Assembly: GCF_009914755.1 (NCBI RefSeq) | Contig: NC_060925.1 | Strand: one strand, 5' to 3' | Source of the DNA: the human T2T-CHM13v2.0 reference genome, Homo sapiens | Length of the DNA: 64,000 nt | Part shown: positions 43,227-59,407 of the stretch, piece after piece | Numbering within the stretch: the first letter of the stretch is position 1 | How the letters are laid out: each line of letters starts with the position of its first letter | The notes under the pieces: generated by a model | The model's database searches: none | Seen by the model: only the letters and a program-made list of their open reading frames with translations | What the model was told of the DNA's origin: nothing | Translations under genes and position numbers: made by a program

Positions 43227-46200
43227 GTGGAGGCCGTCGGCAAGGGAGGTGGACACATTGGGGATGTGTTGGGGTGGGACAGGCTTAACTGGTGATAGAT
43301 GGCGTATGCCAGATGGGGGGTTACCTGTGGGCCCTGGGGCCTTGGGCTGGAGGCAGCGACCATGGAGTAGGGAGTATCAGGGCCCACTGTGCCTGCGGCC
43401 AGCTTGGCCTTAGCGCATCCCTGCAGAAGGCTGGCCCTGGGTGACTTTATGGTGGGCGTTGGATTCTCCTGTCTCCCCCAGGGCCTTGGGTCTCTTGAGA
43501 GCACAGGATGCAGGCTGAGCCCTGACAGATCAGACCCCAGTGGTGGAGTCACAGAACTGGCCACTGCCTCCAAGGCCTCCCCAAAAGAAACCCCCATCCA
43601 GGTGGGGAGCCTCTGCCACCTCGAACCTGGGGAACCAGGGCCCACGAACCTCCTCAGTGCGAGCTCTCAGGGCCCAGGAATATGTAGGCCAGAAGCATCC
43701 TCAGTCCTGCTGGCCCCGGCTCACTGTCTCCTTAGGAGCGCCAGGGCTAGTGGAGGGAGGCGAGTGACTCTCTGTGGTAAGGGGCCTGTGGAGCTCCCAG
43801 AAGCCAGAGCAGAGCCTGCCTGGCTGCACTAGCTAGGCCTCAAATCGCTGTCCCCCTCTGCCCACACCCTACCCCACCCCACCACCAGTCCAGACAAATG
43901 TGCCCCATCAGCTGTGTGCTGGCAGCCTGATGAAATAGGGCCTGGGAGTACCAAGGCCCTGTCCAATTACTGCAGAAGCAGATGTGACTGTGTGAACCTC
44001 TGCCCAGGCCCCCTTCCAGCTCACCACGTTTCCAGGTGGTCCTGGGGCAGGGGGTGACTCCAGCTCTGGCTGGCCTCATGGCGAGCAGTGGCCCAGACTA
44101 TTTGTCTAGGGAGGGCTTGGGCTGGGCAGAGGGAGTTGCTGGCCACAGTGTAGACAGGGTCGGCACTCTGTACCAGTGGATGAGGATGTGTTGGGTTCTT
44201 TCCTTCAAGGGATCAGGGGTGTTGGGGCAGGAGGCAGGAGTAGGTCTCTTGTCTGTGCTGACAGTGGCCCCTGCCCACGCTGGGCCACACCAAGGCCTTC
44301 TGACTCAAGGGAATCAGTTGGGAGTGTGAAGGAGCATCAGCAGGGGCCACCTGCCTTGGATTGAGTCCCAACAGTGTGACATCAGGAATGCTGCCTCAGC
44401 TCATGGTATCTTAAACTAGGGTGGTCACAGCACCTTCCTGACTGGGTCACCTTGAGGATTAAAGGATATGATTTGGGTCAAGTGCTTAGCCAGTTGCATG
44501 GGGTGCGCTCAGGGGTCAAGAAACAGAAGCAAACACCTGAGGACACCCTGGTCCCCAGGAAGGTGAGGACACCGGAGTCTATTCTGTGGCATTTCTGAAC
44601 GCCTGACTGCTACGGTGTCGAAGGTTCTTCTTGGACCCCTGGCTCCATCCAAGGGGGAATGCTGTCTCTGGAGGGGTGGCAGGAGGGCAGGGAGGGTTCA
44701 GCGCAAACCCATTTCCCTGATGGTCAGTCTCAGAGCCCACCTGGGGACAGGGCCTTGGGGATGGGGCTGGGGGTGCTGCCTGCTCTGAGATGCTTTAAAA
44801 CTCGAGCACCTTGGGAGCCTAAGGGGTGTAGCCCAGACCCACAGGGGGTCTGTGGCCAGGCTTGCTTAGGCCAAAGCTCACAAGCTCATTGGGCTGTGTC
44901 TTGACCTTCACCAACCTCAGCCAGAACTGCTGTTGGCCGTGTACCCTGTCTCCTGCTCATCCTTGATGGCTCTGCCCTCATAGCCTTGCTCTGATGATGA
45001 AATGAGCTAAGGTGTGTGAAGTGCTAGAATATCCCATGAGAGGCCCTTGGTAAGCCTTAGTAGCTGCAGGGTACTGGGTACCTGGCCCTGGGCCGGGTGC
45101 TTTACACTTTCCCTCTCCAGTCCCCACGGCCATCCTGAGAGATTTCAGGGTCTCTGCTCTGTAGGTGAGGACCTGATTTGTTCAGTACCATCCAGATGGT
45201 AACCACTGAGCTGGGGCTGGAGCCGTGTTGGCTGTACCTAAAGCTGCTTCCCTTCACAGCTTCGTGCTCCCCTCCTCTCTTCTGCATAGGGTGCCTTGAC
45301 TTCCCAGTTTCCTGGCACAGGCAAGACATTTAGGGGCTAGGGCCTTGCCTGTGAAGGAGAGGAGCCATTTGAGTATTTTCCACCATCTTCGACCCGGCTC
45401 TGTTGACTCAGCTGACATCAGGGCCCACTGGAGTTGCCATGGAAATGCCTCAGCAGGGGCTGCCGTGGCCTCGTCTCCACCAAGGGAGCAGAGAGAGCAT
45501 CAGCCCAGCAGAAAGGGCATGCACCCTCAACTAGATGCTGCCACCAGGAAGCAGAGAAGACAGGGAGCCCAGAGGCCGGGCTTAGCGAAGCCCCCTGCTC
45601 TGAATGTGAGGACACACTTTTTCAGCAGGCAGAACTGGGGCCCCAGAGTGCCAAGGCCTCTGGTGTGCAGCCAGGCTTCTGGGGTAAAATTCAACCAGAA
45701 TAGAAAGAGCCCTGAACCAGATGTTGAAGGTTTGAATTCTAGCCCTCACTCTGCCACTAACATGCTGTGTGACATTGAGCCAGGCACGCCTCCCTCTGAC
45801 CTTCAAGTTGGCATCTGCGCAATGAGGAGGCTGGATGAGGTGACCTCTTAGGGCCCTCGCCCATGGCCATTAGAAATTTTGTTAGAATATTCTAACAATG
45901 GGTCCAGGGACGGCTGGGGCCTTCAGCACCAGCAGAGGGCAGCAGCTGCCTGGAAAAGGGCCCAGTGGTCGGCTGCATCCTCCTTCCAGCCAAGAGCAGT
46001 CTCTACTCTGTCTTCTCCTTCAGTGTGGCCCATGAGTGGGCCAGGCCATTTCCTAGAATTGCTGTCCTGGCCAGAGAGAGGGACTGACCAGGTCTAGCTC
46101 AGGAGACAGGCCTCAGAGAGAGGCCACCCAACATGGGGTCTGTGGCAGCTGATTCAGGGGGGAGCAGGCGGAAGGTGGTTACTGGTGACAGCGGTGACAG

Positions 46201-46588
46201 GCTGAGCCCTGGTTTCTGTGCGTGGCCCTCACAAGCCGCCCAGCCCTGCCACTCACCTCCTCTGTGGTCTAGGGTAGTCACCTGCCCTCTGTGACCCTCA
46301 TTTCCCTGTTTGTAAAATAAGGAGGGGTGGGTGGCTTTCAAGAAATCTTATCTGAAAGCTGCTCACTTTCAGAGACCCTGGGCTGATACAGAGCCTCTTG
46401 CAGGCCTCTTCTAGCCGGAAGGTTCTAGGAAAGGAAGAACAAATGTGAGCGTGTAGGAACTGCCTGGAGAAGCAGGCACTCGTGAAGCATGTTGCTTTCC
46501 TGGCCCCCACCCACAGGGATTCTAATCCAGGGAGAGTTGGATGGGGCCCAGGAATCTGCCAAATATTGGCATCTGGGCACCTTGATGA

Positions 46589-46756
<168 letters not shown>

Positions 46757-47226
46757 TAGGGAGAGCGGCACCTGGGAGGGGGTGCTGGAGACAGCAGCTG
46801 CCTGCCTCATCTCATGCAGCTTCATCCACCAAGGTCTTCCTGGGCACCTCTGGTGCCAGGCACTGCATTTGGAGTTGGGAGGTGCAACCTCATCTGGGGC
46901 AACAGAAAACCAGGGAGCTAAAAAGAGAGTGTGCCTTTTGCAAATGGTGACAGGGCTGAGAAGGAAGTGAAAGGGGGAGCTGTGCAGAGGACCTGGGTCT
47001 CAGGATCTTCACCCCTGGAGTCAGGAGGCAGGGCTGGCTAGTGCCCTACTCATGCAGACATTCCAGCCCACCTTTCTATCCTTGGGCTTCCTGGCAAAGC
47101 CTCCCTTGATTCAAGTGAGGTACCCTCCACTATGTTCCTTGTGCTGCAAATTGTGCCCTGTCATTGCTGCTTCCCTTCTGAGAGTGATTTGTTCCTCATC
47201 ATTTCCCATGATCTAGCACATGGTAT

Positions 47227-47490
47227 ATCCATCCATCCATCATCCATCCATCTATCCACCCACCTATCCATCTATCCATCCACCCACCCACCTACCTATC
47301 CATTTATCCATCCAACAAGAATATATATTTAATCCATCCATTTATTTATCTGTCCATCCATCCACCCACCCACCCATCCATTCATTCACCGATACATCCT
47401 TCCATCTATCTGTCTATCATCTGTCCATCCATCCATCCATCCATCCATCCATCCATCCATCTATCCATCCATCCATCCAACAAGAATATA
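47227..47490. repeat. Compound (TCCA)n low-complexity tract with duplicated ccatccaacaagaatatat
   Basis: Read directly; L2-like tail follows. Confidence 0.88.
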
Positions 47491-47725
47491 TTGAGTATGT
47501 ATCTATCATATGCTAGACACAGAGGTAAAACAATGGTCAACACAGAGAAGGGCATTTTAAAGGGATGGAGTAGATGTTTACTTTATATTGGTTGAAATGC
47601 ACCCTGCAGAGGAGGAAATAGAAAGCTGACTGAGTATTTAGTCCACCTTAGCTCCTTACCTGATTTCCTGTGGGCCCTGAAGCTTATTTGTTGCCATGGC
47701 AGCTGGGGATAAATGACCTTTGTGA

Positions 47726-48085
<360 letters not shown>

Positions 48086-48482
48086 TGAGGGGCCCGGAAG
48101 GAGGGGTGAGAGCAGCCTCTGCAGGGCTGGGCAGTGGGTGGGGGCTGTCCCTGTAGCCTTCCGGATCTGCCTGTTGCCCACCAACATTCTCTGCCCCTGG
48201 TCTCCAGGAAGGTGGGCACCAGAGCTGCCCAGTGTGGGAGCCAAAGTGTCGGGAGCGGCCTGCAGTGCAGTTGCCTGGCTCCTCCCAGGCAGAATGGCTG
48301 GCTCTTTTGCCTCCCTGAGTCCTCTTCGTGACAGAGGTGTCAGGGAGGGTACCGTCCCAGAAAACCATGGAAAAGTGAGCTCCCGCATGGTGGAGCTATG
48401 GCCTGGCCACACAGCCGAAAGGCGTGGCTGAGAGGGGTCAGCTCCCTGGGGCCCTCTCCCTAGGAGGGCATGGGGGCAGTGA

Positions 48483-48866
<384 letters not shown>

Positions 48867-49914
48867 TGAATACCTGCTGGAATAGGGTGCTCACTACCAT
48901 GTGGGCAGTGGAACCTGTTGACAGGAGACTGTAGTGGATAAGAGAGGTACTCGCAGGTTGGAGAGACCTGGCTTCCCGTTCAGGCTTTGCCCGATGACAG
49001 CTGTATCCCTTGTTGCGTGGCCTCCCTTCTTTGGTGCCTGGGACTCTTCATGAGAATAAGGGCAGTGCCCACCACTCATGGGTCCTGGAGGGTTAGACAA
49101 CTCCATGAGGGCAAAGCACAGGGCCAGGCCAAGGGCTCAGTGGAGTCAAGTATTTCCATCTGGGTTGTTTTATTGAGCCATCCCTAGCACAGGTTACGAT
49201 GTCAGGAGGGCAGGAGGGCAGGGCTAACCGTGTTTGGACTGCTGTGCTCCAGGGCAGGGGTAAAGTGCTTAATGCGTGTGTGTTATCTTAATTCTCATGC
49301 ACCCCTTGAGAATTTCCTTTGCTTTACTGAGATGATGCTGACTGGAGACCAGACGCACCTTCTCCCCAGCCATGTGGAGTGCTGTGGTCCCCATCCTCTG
49401 GGCTTGTTCAGCCCCGATTTGATGAAGGGGGCTGAGTAGAGAGTGTAGCCAGCCCCCAGTCCCCTGGAAGGGGCAGAGGAGCCTGAAGGGCCCGCAGCGT
49501 CTCTTCTCCCCTGCCTTTTCCGCCAGCCAGGCTGTGATTGCCGCGTCATCACAGCCTGTTACAGGGTTATAAACGGATATTTGTACTGAGCTAATTTTTT
49601 TTTTTTTGCCACTTGGCACTGTGTTGGTATTTTTAATTAGCTTTTGATAAGGCATTTATAGTTTTTAATTAAAGGGGGAAGAGGGAGGGAAAAAACCCTT
49701 CTCACCGTCAGACAGAGCGTGCATGTGAATGTAAATATGGGCTCAGATCTGCGGAGACTCATGGGGAGTTCTAGAGCGACCACTCCCAACCGGCTCCCAC
49801 GGAACACTGTGAGCCCGGCCTGTGCCACCCTGGCGCTCTGGTCCCCAGCTTGGGTTGGCTTTGGCCCATTCCCTCTTACTGCTCGATTCACCAGTTTGGG
49901 CACCTGGGTTGGAA

Positions 49915-50310
49915 GGAGGTGAGGCTGCCCTGACAAGGACCACAAATGGCAGACATGTAGCGTCGCATATCCTAGAGGCTGGAAGCCTGGGGTCCGTGTT
50001 TGGATGGGTCATGTGCCCTCAGAAGGCACTAGGGAAGGGCCTTACTCCCAGCTGCTTCAGGTGTTTCCTTGCCTGTGGCAGCAGAACTCCAGCCTCTGCA
50101 TGGTGTTTTCCCTGGCTGTGTGTCTGTGTGCAAATTTCACTTTTTTATGAGGACACAAGTCATATTGGATTAGGGACCTGTCCCTCTCCAGTATGAACTC
50201 ATCTTAACTAATTACATCTGCAATGACCTTACTTCCCAAGGAGGTCATATTCTGAGGTACTGGGGGCTGGGACCTCAACATACAGATGAGGAGGCACAGT
50301 TTACCCCAAA
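49915..50310 (-). mobile_element. MLT1 (ERVL-MaLR) solo LTR
   Basis: gaggctggaagcc...aggacacaagtcatattggattaggg...catcttaactaattacatctgcaatgacc...aggtcatattctgaggtactggg. Confidence 0.8.
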
Positions 50311-53077
50311 ACATGGGGTTTGGGGTCCACCCATTGGCTTCTAGTCTGGGGTTGGAGCCTGTTAGTCAGGACCAAAAGAGCCACTGGGACCATTGAACCC
50401 CACGCCCTCATTTTCTGGATGGGAGCAGACTGTCCAGAGCCCCCTGACTGAGCTGAACCTGCACCCAGTACCCTGCCTCCCAGGCTGAGCTCTCTGCAGA
50501 TGTGAGGGGGCTTTGGCTTGTCCAGGTAGAGTGGAGGACATGGGGTCTGAAGGCTGAGATGTTCTACCAGCTTTCCTGCCTTGCAAACATGTGTGTACCA
50601 AACGCTTACTGAGCACGTACTATATGCCATGGACACAGTGGTGAGCAAAATGGACAGGCCGCCTGCTCTCATGGAGCTTACAGTCTATAGAGGGAGAGGG
50701 AATCGGTTAGTAAACAAGCAGAAGTATAAGACTGTACATGATGCCGAGGGCTCCGACGGAAAGGAAAGAGTGTTGTGTGAGAGCCTCACTGCCCAAGTGT
50801 GGGGCAAGCTGTGCTGCAAAGGCCTCCCTGAGGAGGGGGATCCTGGGGCTGAGATCTTAAGAAGCCAGGCAAGTGGAGAGTTGGGGGAATGGTGTTCTTG
50901 GTAGAGGGAACAGTATACGCAAAGGCCCAGAGGCAGGAGAATGCTTGATTTGGTGGGGGAACCCGGAGAGGAAGCCATTTTGCTGGACAGCTGGAAGAGG
51001 AAGTGGCACTGGGCGTGACCCGGGGGCAGACAGAGCTGTTTGCGAGGGCTCCAACTTGTCTCAGTGTGTCAGGGAGTAGAGAGGCATGTTAGAGGTGGCC
51101 AAGCACTGGGTTCCCTCTGGCTGGTAGACAGGAGGGGAGGCAGGTTGGCTGGCTGGGAGGCTGAGGCACCACCTGGGCAGGTGAATTTGGTGGTCACGCT
51201 CTCCCAGTGAACCTACTCTCTGGGTGTCCAGTTTGGCTGTGGCCAAGGAGGCCCCTGAGAAGGGGCTTGCCTTACCTGGTCTCCCCACCCGTACCCAGTG
51301 GTATCTTTCAGAGGTGGCCCAAGCAGGCAGCTGTGTTCTCAGGACCTGCTACATGGTATGTGGTGGGCAGGATTCACCCCCATCACCTTCCACCTGGATT
51401 ACATGCGGCCAGGTCTTGAATCATCCACCTGGTCCGTGACCAGCTGTGGGACTGGCATCAGCTTGGCCCTCATCCAGATTCACTGAGGCCTTAGATACCC
51501 CTCAGATACCCCCACCCATCCCAGCAGCAGAGCCAGGGCTTGGAACTGCACCCGCATCAACCTCGCAGGCTCTGTATCAACCTCAGAACCCACCATAGTG
51601 GCCCTGGTGGTGTGGAGGGTCCAGGGATTGTGAAAATCTAGACCCCTCATCTTCGTCTAGAAGCAGGTACTCCATGAAATATTTGCTGGTGTTTGAAGTG
51701 ACATGTTCACTGTCCTGCCGGGTTAGGCTGAGACCAAGACTGGCATTCCTGCTAAAACTGGCATTCCTGGCCATGCTTTGGCTTATTGGAGAAGGACAGG
51801 ACCAGACACATATAGGTCTGTAGGACAGAACCCACAGAACCAGCAGCTGAGAGTAGACTGTCCAGGCTCCAGGGTGACCAGGCCACGTGGAGGAATGGAC
51901 TGGCAGAGCTGGAGTGGCCTCAGAGTCCCACCTGCAGCTGAGAGACAGGGAAACTGAGGCCAAGAGCAATGTGGCCATGGCAGTCACTCTGCTGTCCTCA
52001 GGAGCATCTGCTTGTTCTCATTCATTCATTCACTCCTTCATTTGCTCAAGAAGCCAGTGCCCCTGAGGTGTCAGGCATGCAGCAGGGTGCTGGGGCCCGG
52101 AGCTGAGACAGCCGGCCACTGTCCTTGCTGGCGTGCTACCTGGGTTCTCCCCTGCCTCTGAGAAGGCACAAGGGCATTGCCACGCCTTGGGTGGGGATGC
52201 GGGACTATCCCTGGTTGGGCGCTGGGGCTGTGGTTCGGAGTCCCCCCTTGAGGAGGCAGATGGCATAATGGGTAAGGGATGGGTTGGGCATCAGGCTGCC
52301 GGGATTGAGTCCTCACTGTGAGAGCTTGGGCCTTTCCTTTGCCCCTCTAATCCTCAGTTTCCTCACCCGTGAAATGGGGGTGTGGACAGCCCCACTTCAT
52401 AGAATGGTTGTGAAGGGTAGACATGGCAATTCCCACGAGTGCCGCGACACAGCCTGGAGGATTGGCACCTCCCACGTGTCCCTTTATCACAGTCATCATC
52501 ATCACAGTCGCTATTTACTGTCACCAGGCAGGGGCTGCCCTTTGGGCCCCTCTCAGCCGTGATGACTTTCACTCTGGGACCTGCTCTCTGGCTCCAGCCC
52601 AATCTCGACCCCTGAGGGAGACCCAGGGGCTTTCTCCACTGCTGGCTGGGGGAGGAGGGATGCCAGCCTCCTGAAGGTGCCTTTGCTGAGACAGGGCCTT
52701 CATCTCCCTGGCGCTGGCCACAAGAGCTGGTGCCAGGCCCAGAAGAATGGGCTGTCATACAGGGGCAGGCTTGTGCGTGTGGGTCTGTTTTCCAGAATAT
52801 GTGCGTGCTTTCCCACAGCCACTGGAGGGTAAGGTGAGGAGGGGGTGGAAAGGGCGGGGCTCCCATCAGGCAGGGGCGGCTCTCACCAGAGCTCACAGCA
52901 ATTGGGTTTAGGATCTCAGAATCACAGTGTGTGAGAGCTGGAAATAATCTCAGAGGACAGAGTTTTGTCCTCATGGTGCAGATAGGAAAACTGAGTCCCA
53001 GCAAGGGGAAGTCTCTTGTTCAGGATCCCACCATGGGCCCTCTACTCAGGGACTCCTGTCCAGTGTCCCTTATGAGC

Positions 53078-53359
<282 letters not shown>

Positions 53360-55250
53360 TTTATGAGTTTTTTGATCTATCAGTATTAGCATTATTAAAT
53401 TTGATCACAGTTCATCATTCTGCCCTGGAGTCGACTTCTTAGAGGATTTCTGGAGACTCCCAGCAAATGCAGGAATGGCATTCATGCAGTCCTTAGGGTT
53501 TTAGACCCTAGCTCCTACCCTAGGCTTCCACAGCGAGGCTCTGTTCCAGGGGAGTGGATGCAAGGGCTCCGGTGGCTATCACTGTTGGATAGAGCCCCAC
53601 TTTCCAGTTTTGGGGGGGTGTTTTCTCAGCATCCCTAGCTGCTTTTTCCCTGGGAGGGGTCCCAGCCCCCATCTCAGCCATAGCAGCCTAATTAGACTCC
53701 AGCTTCCAGCCACGAACACTACTCACCTCTGGCCACTGGGGGGCGCTCAAAGCCTTGCATTTTCTTGGCTCCAGCCTCCTGCTGTGGACCAGCATCCCTG
53801 GCGGAGCCCTGGCCGCCTTCGGGTCACTCGCCCCTCCTGGACACCAGGCCCAGCTGCAGAGGCCTTCAGAAACCTGAGAGGGCAGTGGGGTTGGAGAAGC
53901 AGGCCAGGCCCAGAGTCAGACAGAGCCGAGTTCAAAACCCGTCTGGCCTGTCACCCCTTGGGTGTCTTTGTGCAAGGCCTTAGCTCCATGGGTCGCCGTT
54001 GTCACGTTGGTTAAGTGAAGTCAACACTTGCTTCCACACACTGTTGTGTTGTGGCAAATGGCATCAAACAGTAAGAGCCACGGACACAGACTCCTCTGTA
54101 GCTGAGTGAATTGGGGTAGTTATTTAAACTCGCTGTGTCTCGGTTGTCTCCGTTATGAACAGGGATAATAATAGTATCTACCACACATGCTTGTTGGGAG
54201 TTAAGGAAATAATTCAAGGAAGGAGGGCCTGGTGTGCGGACACAGAACGCTGCGTAACAACCGCTGTCAAGACCCTGACTGTGTGCCCAGATAAATATTC
54301 TTGCATATTGTATTGACTCCCTGCAACATCCGGAGAAGGGCAGGCGTGGTTATCATGCCCAGTGTGCAGATAAGGGAAACTGAGGTCCAGAGAGGCGAAG
54401 CCCCCGTCCAAGTTCACACAGAAGTTCTGAGGCCGAGGACTGCCCTGCTCTGCCTGCTTCCCTTGGTGCTCACGCTGGCTGGCCGGGCAGAGCGCTCTGT
54501 GTGCCTGGAGGTCGAGGGGAGTCCCTGTTCCCCTGCTTCTTTGCGGAGCTTGGATTCTGCCCATTTTAAGTAGGGCATAAGGGCAGAAGGGGAACCTGTT
54601 TTATAGATGGGAAAGAGGTGGGGAGGGAGGGAAAACTGGGCCTGGCAGAGCATGGGGTAGGCCAGGGTATGGTAGGGAAGGATGGGGAGGGGGTGGGAGT
54701 CTAGTTTGGCTCTTGTGACCACACCCCAGCAGTGGCTTCCATCACGTACCCTGGGGCCCTTCCGGCTTTGGAGACAGCTGTGCCCCATCGTGCCACCAAG
54801 CAGCTGGCTCAGAGGGGAAGGGTCTGCCTGTGATGGGCTGCTCTGTACTCTTACCAGGGACCCAGTGGAGGGCAGGTGGGGTAGCAGGGCTCTGACAAGC
54901 TCACAGCTAGCTGTGTCCTGCCTTCTAGTCCCCCGCCACTGCTGCCTGTCTCTCCAGAGCATGCCATGGCCCAGGCTGCTCCAGGCTGGGACCCAGCTTC
55001 CTCTTCAACCCCCCTTTCCCACCTGGCACCCTGACAAGACAGGGCAGCCACCGGGGTTCTGTGTGGCATCAGGTGTGACTTCTGAGAAGAAACAATCTTG
55101 GCGCGCGCCGCTTGGATGCCGGAGAAAATGGTTCTTGGGTGCGCTGATCATCCCAGGGGAGGGGAGGACCTTGCTTGGGCCAGGCTCCTAGGTCTGTTTG
55201 GTTTTCAGGGATGGCCGACTGGGGATTCATTGCCTCTCAGAACATCCTCT

Positions 55251-55562
<312 letters not shown>

Positions 55563-56226
55563 CCACCCTCCACCTCACCTGGCAGCAGTGGTGTTTCTGG
55601 AAGAGAAAGAGATCTTGGTAAATTTGACAGAAGTGCCTTGGAGTCGGCCAGAAGATTCATGAGAAATCAAGATTCAGTCTAGATAAGCTACAGCATCAGA
55701 AAAGTCCTCAGAGACAATCTTGTCAGCTCCCCACCCCATTTTACAGATGGGGAAACTGAGGCCTCGTGAAGGGTAGAGATGTGCTCAAGGTCCTTAGCAA
55801 GTTAGTAGTAGCAGAACCAGGGCCAGACCCCAAGTCTCCCGATTCCGGGTCCAGGACACTTTCCACCATATCATGCTGCCTCTTCTGAGAAGCCTCCCTG
55901 GATTTCCCCTGGTGCAGAGTTAGTTCCTTCCATCTCAGCAGTTCTCAAGGCCCTTGTGCACACCTGCTCATTTGTGCTTGGCGTGTCATGTGATAACTGT
56001 TGATTAACCTGTTGGTTGCTCTGACCAGTGGGGCTTCCTAGAGGGCGAGACCTGTGTCTGATTCCTTTCTGTCTTCCCAGCACCCAGTGCATGGCATGGG
56101 TGGAGTAGGTGCTTACTGCATGTGTGCGGAATGAATGAATGGGAGAGAGGGAAAGAGAGAGAGAGGCAGGGAAGGGAAGGGGGAAAGAGAATGGAGGGAG
56201 GAAGGAAGGGACGAATCTGAGAGTAG

Positions 56227-56628
<402 letters not shown>

Positions 56629-57677
56629 TGACCCTTTCTTATGTCCACCCCGGCACCGCTTTCAGCTCCCAGTGGCATTCCAAGGATCGATTGGGCAGAG
56701 TTTGTCCGGAAGCAGAGGGGGCCCAAGGTCCCTATTGGGCCTGACCTCTTCCTCTGCCACACATCGCCAAGGCTACCAAGAACAGAAAGTGCCCAGCTGC
56801 ACTGCACTGTGGCCTGGATCCTGAGTTGTGTCGGTTGCTGCCTGTGGAAGTGGGATTGGGGTCCCTGTCCTTGGACTGGTACCCAGGACTTGTACCCACA
56901 GAGCCCGGGCAATGCTGAGGGTGTGGCCAGGGTGGATGCAGCCATCCGCTGGGCTCTTCAAACCACATGGAGGGAGAGGCTGCCTGGGTCCTGCCTTGCC
57001 CTGGTTCCAGCACTGCCCATGCCTTGGCCCCCAGGATGAGGGACTGGTCTGGGGGGCTCATCCCTGGCTCAGCCTAGGCCCGTGCCTGTCTCTGACCAAT
57101 AGCACTGCCCGCTCACCTTCACACCTGCAGTCCATCCTGGGCGGGAGACTCAGCATGGTTCCCCAAGAGGTATTTTGGTGATATTTGATTTGTTTGGATT
57201 ATCGATTGCAATGAGTCGCCACCTGGCCTGGAGTGGAGCTCTCCCAGGGCGCTCCCTCATGAGGGGCAGTCTTCATTCGCCTGCCTAGTTCTCTCTCATG
57301 CAGCTGTAAATCAGCTGCTCAACAGCCTGGCAGAGACACTAAGTGGAGTCCTGGGATCTTAAGAGCACAGATGATCAGGGCTGGGCTCCAGATGACACAA
57401 CTCTCATTTGACAAAGGGGGAAACTGAGGCACGGGGCCTTATGGATGAGCTCTGAGACTGGGGGCTGAGTCTGGGGGATGTGGTCCGCCCCTTTCCCTGG
57501 CTTGCTTTTCTGGTGTTGTAGCAGCACAGAGGTGTTGTCGTTGGAGCCGGACCTACCAGACCGTCTTTCAGTTCTGCCACTTACATCTGGGCGCCTCTGT
57601 GCTGGCTCCCGTGGGAGCACGAGGCTTCCAGTCTGTAATGGGAATAAGTGTCCCGTTCCTGGAATCCTTTTCCTTAC

Positions 57678-58232
57678 TGTATCAGTCAGGGTTGTCCAGA
57701 GGAACAGAACCAATGGAACGTATGTGAGTGTGTGTTTGCGCAAGTATATGTATACACACGTATATAGAAAGAGACTTATTATAAAGAGTCGGCTCATGGG
57801 GTGATGGAGGCTGTGAAGCCCCAGCATCTGTGGACAGCAAGCTGGAGACCCAGGCGAGCTGCCGGCATAGTTCAGTGTGAATACGGAGGCCTGGGAACCT
57901 GTGAGCCGGTGGTGTGCCTTCCAGTTCAAAAGCTGGGAGACCTGAGACCCCAAAAGAGCTGATGCTTCAGTGTGATTCTGAAGGCAGGAAAGAACCAGTG
58001 GAAGGTAGTCAGGCAGGGAGCGAATTCTCCCCTCCCAGCCTTTTCCATTCAGGCTTCAGCAGATTGGGTGAGGCCCACCCACACTGGGAAGGCCATGTGC
58101 ATGACTAAACCTACCATTCAGATGCTAATCTCATCTGGAGACACCCTCACAGACACACTCAGAGCCACGTTTAACCAAATATCTGGGCTCCTCGTGGCTC
58201 AGTCAAGTTGACACATAAAATTAACCATCTCT
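57678..58232 (-). mobile_element. MLT2 (ERVL) solo LTR
   Basis: tgtatcagtcagggttgtccagaggaacagaaccaat ... caagttgacacataaaattaaccatc termini. Confidence 0.85.
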
Positions 58233-58663
58233 CATGGAGTGAGATGATGCTTGGAAGCCATGGTACCTGGCCAGTTGCCAGCCCAGGAGATAATTGATCA
58301 GCAGCTCTTCCTGGGTGCTGGGAAGGGGAGGTGGAGTTACCCAGCCCAGCTCCTTAGACAGAAGGGAGAGGCAGTGCCATGTGCAGGACCAGTGGGTGAG
58401 CTTTTGCTCTTTTGAGGAGCAGGGGCCTGGGGGCTGATGGTGACTCTTGGGCTGGGCACCCTTCATGGGCAGCATGAGCTCCAACCTCATCTCCTGGACT
58501 CATGCCAGGACCTGGCAGTGAGGACCTTTAACCTCACTGGTGCTACTGGGCTGGGCCAAGGGACAGTGAGACACCAACAGGAGGGAAACTCCTGCCTTAG
58601 CACTCCCGGTTCCTCGGTCCCCTTTCTCCCCCAAGAACAGCTGGAGCAACTGCAGCTGCAGAC

Positions 58664-58867
58664 TCCCTTCCCAGCCCCTGGTTCATGCTGGGGGCTTCCC
58701 TGCTATCCCCCCAGCCCACCTCACCTCATCCCTTCCCAGCCCCTGGTTCATGCTGGGGGCTTCCTGCTCTACCCCAAGCCCACCCCACCCCCTCCCTTCC
58801 CAGCCCCTGGTTCACGCTGGGGGCTTCCCTGCTATCACCCCAGCCCACCCCACCCCATCTCTTTCCT
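58664..58867. repeat. 64-65-bp tandem repeat x3, C-rich
   Basis: Units start tcccttcccagcccctggttca at 58664, 58729, 58793. Confidence 0.9.
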
Positions 58868-59188
58868 CCAAGGGCCTTGCACTTCCTTGGCCTTCTGAGA
58901 GGAAGGTGAGCGAGGAGCACTAGCTTTCCCAGGCCCTTTCGGGTCCTCTGACCCATCTGGGTCTCAAGCCAGGAAGGACATGTCTGACCCCTTGGCCTGC
59001 CTCTCCCAGTAGCCCCCAAGTGTCTGAGCACTGTCCTCACAGCAGGTCTGACTGCTCTGCAAGCGGTCTCCTGCAGACCCCCTAGCACAGCGTCTGACTC
59101 AGCCCAGGAGTATACTGGTGGACAGGTGCTCGGCCTGTAGGCCTAGTGTGCTGGGCGCCCATTCAGGGCAGTGGTGTGAGGAGGAAAG

Positions 59189-59407
59189 GAGGCCCAGCCT
59201 GCTCTGGGGGTCTCCAATCTGCTGGGGGAGACCCAGCCCTTGGGGCAACCTTCAGTCTGATGTGGAAGACACAGCCTGTCTTTGGAGGTGGGGGCTTCAG
59301 TCTGTGGAGAGAGACACAGCCTGCCCTTGGAGGGCCTCCAGTCTAACGGAGGAGGCACAGCCTGCCCTTTGAGGGCCTCTAGTCTGATGAGGGAGACCCA
59401 GTCCCTG
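59189..59407. repeat. Degenerate minisatellite of about 41 bp, about 5 copies, L2-like unit
   Basis: Recurring gacacagcctgcccttggagggcctccagtct(g/a). Confidence 0.7.

Noticed and set aside
52363-53004. 213-aa minus-strand ORF
   Set aside because: Both ends lie in MIR-derived sequence (LSFPIC signature); no coding features.
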